32,000 nt of DNA, taken from NCBI RefSeq assembly GCF_000284115.1, contig NC_017081.1, positions 30,001 through 62,000 of the forward strand, in the 5' to 3' direction. Shown here piece by piece: positions 1 through 5,670 of this stretch. Source of the stretch: Phycisphaera mikurensis NBRC 102666 (GTDB lineage: Bacteria; Planctomycetota; Phycisphaerae; Phycisphaerales; Phycisphaeraceae). How positions within the stretch are numbered: position 1 is the first letter of the stretch; each line of letters starts with the position of its first letter. Below the pieces are notes generated by a model. That model did not search any database, was not told the DNA's origin, and was given only the letters and a program-made list of their open reading frames with translations. The position numbers were made by a program, and so were the translations under genes.

Positions 1-258
1 GTCGGGGCCCTGCTGTTGGTAGTCCGCGAGCGGGCCCGCATCGAAGACGCCTTCGGGCAGAAGGGCGTTCGCATTGGGCGTGCCCCGTGCCGCCGGGCCC
101 GTTCCACCGTCGGGATCCGCGGCGACCGGCGGGGACGACTCTCTTCGACAGCCAACGGCGGCGGCGGCGGCGCTCGCCGTCGCGAAGACAAGCAGCCGGC
201 GGCGGTTGACGCGGTCGGCCTCCGTCGGAGCGGTCGGAGCGGTCGGATCAGTGCCCAT
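1..258 (-). CDS. Exported (Tat-like/lipoprotein signal) protein, N-terminal fragment; the gene runs off the left edge
   Basis: Absent from the ORF track because there is no stop inside the window. ATG at 258-256 on the minus strand is preceded by AAGGAGGT 7 nt upstream. Translation is MGTDPTAPTAPTEADRVNRRRLLVFATASAAAAAVGCRRESS..., giving an RRR n-region, an Ala-rich h-region and a VGC lipobox-like Cys. GC3 is high in this frame. The ORF overlaps the end of the upstream gene by 11 nt. Confidence 0.6.
   Translation of the reverse strand, partial: MGTDPTAPTAPTEADRVNRRRLLVFATASAAAAAVGCRRESSPPVAADPDGGTGPAARGTPNANALLPEGVFDAGPLADYQQQGPD
224..250. repeat. 9-bp tandem repeat GTCGGAGCG x2 plus degenerate third unit GTCGGATCA
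   Basis: Read directly: 224-232 and 233-241 are identical, and 242-250 matches 7/9. It encodes PTAPTAPT in the n-region of the 1-258 ORF. Confidence 0.6.
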
Positions 259-910
259 GCTCGTGACCTCCTTCCTCGGTTGCGTCGGCCGCGGGGACGG
301 AGGCCTTCCAGCCCTCGTCGGGCGCGGCCGCCCCTTCCGCGTGCCCGCCGCCCCCGCCGTGGCCACCGCCGGAGCCGAAGCTCAACATCCCGCCGATGTG
401 GCCCTGGGCGACCAGGAACACGACGAACACGGCGCCCGCCGCGATGTAGGCCGGCCGGGCGCCGACCCGCGCGTCCGGCTGCGTCTCGCGGCGACGCTCC
501 CGCCAGCGCCACAACGCGAGCCCGATCACCAGCACGGCCAGCGAGGTGCCCAGCCACTTGTGCACGAGCATCGGGTCTCCGTGGCCGCCCATCTCGTCGA
601 GCCAGAGCCAGCCGGCCAGCGCGGTGAAGGGCGTGACGACCGCCGCGAGCACGGTCATCCACCAGCCCGCCGAAGAGAGCGAGGCCCGGCGGTTGAAGCG
701 GCCGGCGCTGTCGAAGAACACCGCGGCGGGGATGAGCCCTGCGGTCATGTTCACGAGGATCGGGTGCAGCGGCGGCGGCTGGAGGAGCAGCCGGAGCACG
801 TCGGCGGCGTCGGCGAGGGAGAGCGGGAGCATGGGGTCGATCCGAGGATGCGGAGGGAAAGCCCCGCCGCCGCGGTCAGCGGCGACGGAGCCGGGGAAGC
901 GGACAGGCAT
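248..910 (-). CDS. DUF2231-like integral membrane protein with Gly/His-rich C-terminal tail
   Basis: ORF track, 220 aa. It has an LHPILVNMTAGLIPAAVFFD motif and about 4 hydrophobic helices, as in DUF2231-type proteins. The tail is GSGGGHGGGGGHAEG...EEGGHEHGH. The start ATG overlaps the upstream stop (TGATG at 910). Confidence 0.65.
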   Translation of the reverse strand: MPVRFPGSVAADRGGGAFPPHPRIDPMLPLSLADAADVLRLLLQPPPLHPILVNMTAGLIPAAVFFDSAGRFNRRASLSSAGWWMTVLAAVVTPFTALAGWLWLDEMGGHGDPMLVHKWLGTSLAVLVIGLALWRWRERRRETQPDARVGARPAYIAAGAVFVVFLVAQGHIGGMLSFGSGGGHGGGGGHAEGAAAPDEGWKASVPAADATEEGGHEHGH

Positions 911-1395
911 CAGTGCGAGTGAGCCCCGTGCCCGTGGTCTTCCTCTTTCGTGTCGCCACCCGTCATGTTGTGGTGGTTGTCGTCGAGCGTGACCTCCTTG
1001 AAGCCGCCGTCCTCCTGCTGGACGTAGAGGTGCTTGACGTCGAAGGACTGCATGCCCTCGTGGGCGACGCCCTCGACCTTGATGGTCTGCGCCGCGTACT
1101 CAGCGAGCGGCACCGGGTTGGTGAGCAGGAAGAGCAGGTCGCCGGTGTCACCGCCCTCGGGCAGGATCCCGGCGGGGATGCCAGTGGCCAAGCAGGTGCT
1201 GGCGCACTCGGCGTGGCCCTCGCCCTTGGCGCCGCCGTCGCTGGCGACGAAGCAGGCGGTGTCGATGAGTTCACCCGTCAAGGTGGTCATCTCGCCCTCG
1301 CCCCCCGCGTGCCCACCCTCGTGGTCACCGGCGGCAGTGGCGAAGGGTGCGGCGGCCAGCAGGGCGGCGAGAGCGGCACAGGAGGAACGGTGCAT
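910..1395 (-). CDS. Secreted His-rich, Cys-containing putative periplasmic metal-binding protein (family unknown)
   Basis: ORF track, 161 aa. The signal peptide is AALAALLAAAPFATAAG. The mature N-terminus reads DHEGGHAGGEGE and the C-terminus reads DDNHHNMTGGDTKEEDHGHGAHSH. The core contains DTAC and HAECASTC. AAGGA lies 7 nt upstream of the ATG. Confidence 0.65.
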   Translation of the reverse strand: MHRSSCAALAALLAAAPFATAAGDHEGGHAGGEGEMTTLTGELIDTACFVASDGGAKGEGHAECASTCLATGIPAGILPEGGDTGDLLFLLTNPVPLAEYAAQTIKVEGVAHEGMQSFDVKHLYVQQEDGGFKEVTLDDNHHNMTGGDTKEEDHGHGAHSH

Positions 1396-1414
1396 GGTGA
1401 AATCCTTCAGAAAC

Positions 1415-1427
1415 GGGGGGGGGGGGG
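1415..1427. repeat. Homopolymeric G13 (C13 on the coding strand) tract in the intergenic region
   Basis: Counted directly: g1415-g1427. It lies 19 nt upstream of the ATG at 1395 on the minus strand and just upstream of its AAGGA ribosome-binding site. Confidence 0.9.
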
Positions 1428-1488
1428 AAGCTCGCGGGAGCGCGAGCGGAGAGAGAGCGACCGGCGAACGCCGTCGGACGCGACCAAA

Positions 1489-1992
1489 TCAGTCCTTCGG
1501 GATGAAGGTCATGCCGCACTCGGTGCTGTTGCCCGGCACGCCGGTCGCCGCCTCGGGATGCATCACGCGGACCCACGCCCCGGTCGCTTCGAGAGCAGTC
1601 GGCGGACCAGCCGCGGCGGCTTCTTCCGGGGCAGAAGCTTCCGCGCTGGCCGTGCCCGGATTGCTTTGCTCGTCGTGCTGCATCCCGGCCATGCCCGCCA
1701 TCCCGTCGTGGTCGCCGGACAAGGGCGCCGGCTCGCCCGGGAGCCGGACGAGTGGGGCGGCTCCGCCGGGGCTGGCATCGGTGTGTGCGACCCCGGACCG
1801 GCCCGCGTCGCCGGGCGCGGGGTCGGCGCGCTTCACGGCCGGCGTGTCGGTCCGCGGCGGCAGCGGGGCCACCGCGGCGTCCGGGTTGCCAACTTGGCTC
1901 CCGGCGATGGCGGAGTCCTCAGGAAGTCTGTTTGCGCAGCCGGGCAGCAGGAGCGCGACCGTCAGCGCGGCCGCGGAGAAAGAGCGGGCCAT
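1489..1992 (-). CDS. Lipoprotein with Met/His motif and a degenerate MHPE...CGM metal-binding ribbon at the C-terminus
   Basis: ORF track, 167 aa. The lipobox is ALLLPGC. It carries an HDGMAGMAGMQHD motif. The C-terminus VMHPEAATGVPGNSTECGMTFIPKD aligns without gaps to the CopA N-terminal CPMHPE...[12 protein letters not shown] motif in this window. Confidence 0.65.
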   Translation of the reverse strand: MARSFSAAALTVALLLPGCANRLPEDSAIAGSQVGNPDAAVAPLPPRTDTPAVKRADPAPGDAGRSGVAHTDASPGGAAPLVRLPGEPAPLSGDHDGMAGMAGMQHDEQSNPGTASAEASAPEEAAAAGPPTALEATGAWVRVMHPEAATGVPGNSTECGMTFIPKD

Positions 1993-2078
1993 TGGAAACG
2001 GACCTCAAGTGAGAAGAGGGCGGAACAGGAGGCACCACGCTTCGGCCATCAGGGGCCAAGAGCGGGCATGGGCAGACA

Positions 2079-2096
2079 CCACCGCGTGTGCGGCGG
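2079..2096 (-). terminator. GC-rich stem-loop just after the small Cys/His gene (possible attenuator or partial terminator)
   Basis: The minus-strand RNA reads CCGCCGC-ACAC-GCGGUGG, a 7-bp stem with one G-U pair, followed by UGUCUG. It starts 9 nt after the TAG stop at 2105. Confidence 0.3.
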
Positions 2097-2104
2097 GCCC
2101 GGGC

Positions 2105-2533
2105 CTACAGGTTCAGCGCGCACCGCTGGCGCAGGAGCGACCCGCCGGCTCCCGGCGGACGCTGGTTCTCGTTGAGGTCTTCCGTGACCACGACCTCGGC
2201 CGGCGGCTCTTCCAGCAAACGGTCGAGAAGTGACGCAACCACCGGTGGCAGCGGAAGCGGGAGCGGCACCGCGACGGTCGGTGCCGCCGGTGCCTGCAAG
2301 ACTCCCGCCACGCCCGAGCAGTCGCAGGTGCCCCCGTGGTCGTGGGGCTGCGGCGTGTCACCCGGCTGATTCGATGTGCCCGGCTGCTTCGAGTTGCCGT
2401 GCCCGTGGCACGATTCCTGAGCAACGGGTTTCGCCACGTCCATCGACGCCGCCACCGTTGGGCAGGCGCAGAAGAGCGCCGTGTACAGCACCATAAAGGC
2501 GGTAAGGCTCGGGATGAGACGGCGTCCGCTCAC
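2105..2533 (-). CDS. Small signal-anchored Cys/His-rich protein (paralog of 12315-12707)
   Basis: This is the frame of ORF 2105-2626. I place the start at GTG 2533, giving MSGRRLIPSLTAFMVLYTALF..., because that parallels the N-terminus MSLFRRLPTLLVTL of the paralog and keeps the CsoR-type palindrome non-coding. It contains SCHGHG and TCDCSG motifs, a Pro-rich segment and a C-terminal ...CALNL. Confidence 0.55.
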   Translation of the reverse strand: MSGRRLIPSLTAFMVLYTALFCACPTVAASMDVAKPVAQESCHGHGNSKQPGTSNQPGDTPQPHDHGGTCDCSGVAGVLQAPAAPTVAVPLPLPLPPVVASLLDRLLEEPPAEVVVTEDLNENQRPPGAGGSLLRQRCALNL

Positions 2534-2540
2534 GGAACCA

Positions 2541-2569
2541 ACGCTAGCCAGACGCGAACACACCGTCAA
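2541..2569 (-). promoter_or_regulatory. Candidate sigma70-type promoter TTGACG-N17-TAGCGT
   Basis: On the minus strand TTGACG is at 2569-2564 and TAGCGT at 2546-2541. The -35 lies 4 nt downstream of the palindrome. The -10 ends 7 nt before GTG 2533 and no SD is visible, which suggests a leaderless mRNA. Confidence 0.3.
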
Positions 2570-2573
2570 GATG

Positions 2574-2588
2574 TACCCCCATGGGGTA
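2574..2588. promoter_or_regulatory. CsoR-type operator candidate TACCCCCATGGGGTA
   Basis: The arms TACCCC/GGGGTA are a perfect inverted repeat with a 3-nt spacer. The 15-mer is identical to the one at 5601-5615. It is intergenic, 40 nt upstream of GTG 2533. Confidence 0.6.
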
Positions 2589-2650
2589 GCTGCAGGATTG
2601 CGTAGCCCTCCAAGGGAGTCCTCCACCAGCGGCGTGGGCGAGCGGATCGG

Positions 2651-2779
2651 TCAAGCGTTCAGCAGGACCATCGTGAGCAGGACGGTGACAACGAACAACA
2701 CGCCGGCAACCGCCTTCCAAGGAAAGCGTCGGCGGGGGAGAGCGTCGGGGTCTTCGGGTGGTCGGCAGCAATCGCTCAC
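2651..2779 (-). CDS. Unannotated 42-aa tail-anchored micropeptide MSDCCRPPEDPDALPRRRFPWKAVAGVLFVVTVLLTMVLLNA
   Basis: Hand-translated, and too short for the ORF track. GTG 2779-2777 overlaps the permease stop as GTGA. It has an N-terminal DCC, a basic RRR stretch, then a single hydrophobic helix. GC3 is about 74%. Confidence 0.4.
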   Translation of the reverse strand: MSDCCRPPEDPDALPRRRFPWKAVAGVLFVVTVLLTMVLLNA

Positions 2780-4131
2780 GAAGAGCCTCTCTCGCTTCTG
2801 TTGGGCGGGTTCTTCCGCAGGAACAGCCACTCGCCGCCGAAGATCAGGGCGAAGCCCACGGCGGAGAGGACCAGCACGAGCGGGTCGCTGCCGCTCTTCA
2901 CCCAGACCAGAGCGCCGAGCACGGCGGCGTCGAGGATCAGGGCGGTGATCAGGACCCAGGCGCTCGCCTTGAGCTCCTCCCGCAGGTGGCGGAGCAGGCC
3001 CCAGTGGATCGCCATGTCCATGACGAGGTAGAAGATCGCACCCATCGTGGCGATGCGGCCCAGGTCCAGGAACACGGTCAGCACGCCCGCGATCACCGCC
3101 GTGTAAACCAGTGTGTGTGTCTGTCGGTCCCCGGGGAGGCCGAACGAGCGGAACGGCACGAGGTCCATCTGCGTGAGCATCGCGAGCATGCGGGACACCG
3201 CGAACATGGACGCGACGATGCCCGAGGCGGTGGCGATGATCGCGATCGCCACGGTGAACCAGACGCCGTAACGACCCACAGCTGGCTCGGCGGCCCGGGC
3301 CAGGGCGTAATCGCGGGCGTCCACCACCTCCTCGGCCGTCAGGCCCGAGGCCACGGCGAAGGCGACCAGGGTGTAGAGCACGGTGCAGACGGCCAGCGTG
3401 ATGACGATGGCACGCCCGACGTTCTTCTTGGGGTCCTTCAGCTCGTCGCCGTCGTTGGTAATGGTCGTGAAGCCCTTATACGCGAGGATCCCCAGCGCCG
3501 TGGCGGCCAGGAATCCGCCGGCGGTGGAGGCGACACCGCCACCGCCGGCGCCCGGCGGCGGGGCGAGGAAGTCCGTCTCGAACGACAGCCCCGACACCCA
3601 CAGCCCGACGATCGCGAAGACCGCGATGCCGCCGACCTTGGCGGCCGCGGCGACCTTCTGGAAGCCGCCGATGGCCGCGTTCCCGGCGAGGTTGAGGAGA
3701 AAAGAGAAGGCCACCAGGCCGACGCCCAACGCCGGAATGAGCCACCCCGCCCCCTCGGACCGGTCGGCGTCTTTGCCACCGAACAGCTGCATCACATAGG
3801 TGCCGAAGGTCCGCGCGACGAGGCTCTCGTTGATGACCATCGAGAAGTACATCAGCAGCGACATGCCCGCCGTCACGACCCCCGGCCCGTAGCAGCGCTT
3901 CAGGATCATCGCGATCCCGCCCGCCGAAGGCGAGTCGTTGCAGACCTTTACGTAGGAGTACGCGCTGAAGGCCGCGACCAGCGCGGCGGACAGGAAGGCG
4001 AAGGGGAACAGCCCGCTGCTCTGCTCGGCGAGCTGACCGGTGAGGGCGAAGACACCGGCGCCGATCATGACGCCGGTGCCCATGGCCACGGCGCCGAACA
4101 GGGACAGGGAGTTCTTCTCGTAATCAGGCAT
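2776..4131 (-). CDS. APC-superfamily amino acid (or polyamine) permease
   Basis: ORF track 2776-4140. The likely ATG is at 4131 (MPDYEKNSLSLFGAVAMGTGVMIGAGVFALTG...). It has about 12 hydrophobic segments and the GxG(I/V)F N-terminal signature typical of APC permeases. It starts 5 nt after the stop of the upstream gene. Confidence 0.85.
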   Translation of the reverse strand: MPDYEKNSLSLFGAVAMGTGVMIGAGVFALTGQLAEQSSGLFPFAFLSAALVAAFSAYSYVKVCNDSPSAGGIAMILKRCYGPGVVTAGMSLLMYFSMVINESLVARTFGTYVMQLFGGKDADRSEGAGWLIPALGVGLVAFSFLLNLAGNAAIGGFQKVAAAAKVGGIAVFAIVGLWVSGLSFETDFLAPPPGAGGGGVASTAGGFLAATALGILAYKGFTTITNDGDELKDPKKNVGRAIVITLAVCTVLYTLVAFAVASGLTAEEVVDARDYALARAAEPAVGRYGVWFTVAIAIIATASGIVASMFAVSRMLAMLTQMDLVPFRSFGLPGDRQTHTLVYTAVIAGVLTVFLDLGRIATMGAIFYLVMDMAIHWGLLRHLREELKASAWVLITALILDAAVLGALVWVKSGSDPLVLVLSAVGFALIFGGEWLFLRKNPPNRSERGSS

Positions 4132-4136
4132 GGGTC

Positions 4137-5141
4137 TCAATCGCTCCGGTGAACAGGTGTTTGGTTCGGCGACAAGGCCTCACCGGTGGGCGAGGCCGCC
4201 GCGAAGCCCATCTGGATGCGGAGCGCCTCCGCGAGGGCGTAGGCGCCGGACGCTGGAGCGGCTGCACCCAGCAGCCGCGGCCCGAGGTCGCTCACGAGGT
4301 GTGCGGCCGCGTCCCGACACGCTCCGGCCGAAGCGGAAGCCCGCCAGCTCTCCCCGGCGTCGCCTCCCTGGCCCCGGCCGGCGTCGACCAGCTCCAACGC
4401 CAGCAGGACCACCGCGGACATGCCATAGAACGCTTGCCGGCGCCGGAAGTGGTGCAGCAGCGGGTGCGTGTGGTGCGACTCATGGAGCTCGCAGATGCCG
4501 CCCAGGAGCCGGCCGAGCACCCGCGAGGCCTCGGGCGTGTCGGCCCGGCCGCCCGGCAGCCGGTCGAGCAGCTCGGCGCCGCGGCCCGTCCGGCCCGAGA
4601 GGTGCCAGCACTCCATCGCGAAGGCGTCACGCCGCCGCAGCGCCCCGTACACGCCCAGCAGGTAGGTGATCGCGAGGGTGAAGACCGCGAAGCCCAGCGC
4701 TGATTCGGCCACCGCGAGCAGACGCGGCCCCGCCCCCGCAGGCGTCAGCGGACCCAGCCCGAGCGTCGTGAACGCGTACGCGCTGAAGTAGAGCGCTTCG
4801 AGGAAGCCTCCCGTCACGGCGTCGCCGCCGCTCCTGAACCCGCCCGAAGCCATGGCGGGCCAGAAGCACAGGGCGAAACCGACGATGGGCAGCAGCACCC
4901 AGAGCACGAGTCCCAGCACGATGAACGCCGGCCCGAAGCCCTTGAGCAGCCACCGCCGGAACGGGCCTGCGGCGGCCTGCTGCGACCCGCGGACGATCCG
5001 CCAGAGCACCCGCAGCAGCCAGCCGCTGTACAGGCCGGTGGCGCCGCTGCGACCGAGCCCGACCTTGAGCAGGTCGGCAACCCCCACCGCGGTGAGCGGG
5101 ACGCCGAGGAGGGGCGCAATCCAGGGGGTGGAGGCTGTCAA
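4137..5141 (-). CDS. Two-TM pore-loop (K+ channel-like) protein with non-canonical TTLGLG filter and a Cys/His-rich cytoplasmic domain
   Basis: ORF track, 334 aa, with a TTG start. The segment YFSAYAFTTLGLGPL between two hydrophobic helices resembles a K-channel pore helix and filter, but with L in place of Y/F. The C-terminal half contains ICELHESHHTHPLLHH (4449-4493). Confidence 0.55.
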   Translation of the reverse strand: MTASTPWIAPLLGVPLTAVGVADLLKVGLGRSGATGLYSGWLLRVLWRIVRGSQQAAAGPFRRWLLKGFGPAFIVLGLVLWVLLPIVGFALCFWPAMASGGFRSGGDAVTGGFLEALYFSAYAFTTLGLGPLTPAGAGPRLLAVAESALGFAVFTLAITYLLGVYGALRRRDAFAMECWHLSGRTGRGAELLDRLPGGRADTPEASRVLGRLLGGICELHESHHTHPLLHHFRRRQAFYGMSAVVLLALELVDAGRGQGGDAGESWRASASAGACRDAAAHLVSDLGPRLLGAAAPASGAYALAEALRIQMGFAAASPTGEALSPNQTPVHRSD

Positions 5142-5181
5142 GGCGTGACGAACAGGTGCGGCTGCTCCCGCACCCTAGCCT

Positions 5182-5196
5182 TACCCCAGGGGGGTA
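5182..5196. promoter_or_regulatory. CsoR-type operator candidate TACCCCAGGGGGGTA
   Basis: It has the same arms TACCCC/GGGGTA and the same 3-nt spacer length as the other two sites. It lies between the csoR stop (5213) and the channel gene, 40 nt upstream of TTG 5141. Confidence 0.5.
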
Positions 5197-5212
5197 CCGA
5201 CGCCTCAGCCAG

Positions 5213-5557
5213 TCAGCTCCTGCCCTGCCGGTGATAAACCTCCAGCAGCTCCTCGATCGTCCGCTCCAGTGAGTCGGGGTCATTCGCCATCGCCTCCCGC
5301 ACGCAGTGGCGGAGGTGGTGGCGGAGCGTCTCCTTCGCCACCGCCCGCAGGCCGGCGTTGGCGGCGGACACCTGCGTCAAGATGTCCACGCAGTAGCGGT
5401 CGTCCTCGATCATCTGCTGCAGCCCCCGCACCTGTCCTTCGATGCGGCGGAGCCGGCGGCGAACGGCGGCCTTGTGGCCGTCGTCGACGTGGGACGTCTT
5501 CGCTGGCTTCTTGGATCCGCCGGTGCCCGGCCCGGGTTGTGACTTCTTTCTCGCCAT
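5213..5557 (-). CDS. csoR: CsoR-family Cu(I)-sensing transcriptional repressor
   Basis: ORF track, 114 aa. It contains RLRRIEGQVRGLQQMIEDDRYCVDILTQ...LRHHLRHC. The ligand pattern is Cys, His at +25 and Cys at +29, matching the C-H-C Cu(I) site of CsoR rather than RcnR or FrmR patterns. Confidence 0.9.
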   Translation of the reverse strand: MARKKSQPGPGTGGSKKPAKTSHVDDGHKAAVRRRLRRIEGQVRGLQQMIEDDRYCVDILTQVSAANAGLRAVAKETLRHHLRHCVREAMANDPDSLERTIEELLEVYHRQGRS

Positions 5558-5562
5558 CAGAC

Positions 5563-5592
5563 TTGACCCGCGGCGCCGGCCGCTCTACCAAT
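5563..5592 (+). promoter_or_regulatory. Candidate promoter TTGACC-N17-TACCAAT for the csp operon
   Basis: TTGACC is at 5563-5568 and TACCAA(T) at 5586-5592. The palindrome 5601-5615 would sit at or just after the transcription start. Confidence 0.3.
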
Positions 5593-5600
5593 GCTTCCGT

Positions 5601-5615
5601 TACCCCCATGGGGTA
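5601..5615. promoter_or_regulatory. CsoR-type operator TACCCCCATGGGGTA in the csoR/csp divergent region
   Basis: Perfect arms with a 3-nt spacer. It lies 43 nt from the csoR ATG and 55 nt from the csp ATG. It resembles known GC-tract CsoR operators. Confidence 0.7.
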
Positions 5616-5670
5616 CCCGGGCCCGCGTGGGCAACGGGGCCCCGGAGCCTCAATCGTAGGGACGGACCCG

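Noticed and set aside
205-210. Idea that the left-edge lipoprotein ORF starts at a non-canonical GTC codon after a GGAGG
   Set aside because: Extending the frame upstream revealed a normal ATG at 258 preceded by AAGGAGGT, so no exotic start is needed.
16-2233. Plus-strand ORFs 16-627, 74-922, 913-2175 and 1034-2233
   Set aside because: They are extremely Arg/Pro/Gly/Ala-rich and overlap minus-strand genes that have signal peptides, lipoboxes, SD sequences and start/stop coupling.
2492-2626. Longer (start 2626) or shorter (ATG 2494) versions of the small Cys/His gene
   Set aside because: The 2626 start would translate through the CsoR-type palindrome and has no signal logic. ATG 2494 removes the RR-containing n-region. 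GTG 2533 reproduces the N-terminus of the paralog. This remains uncertain.
2758-4152. 464-aa plus-strand ORF
   Set aside because: It is antisense to the APC permease. It is charged and low-complexity (His/Asp/Gly/Arg/Glu) with no TM segments.
5269-5670. N-terminal 134 aa of ORF 5269-5985
   Set aside because: It is Arg/Gly/Pro-rich, antisense to csoR and crosses the operator. The Csp-like domain starts cleanly at ATG 5671.
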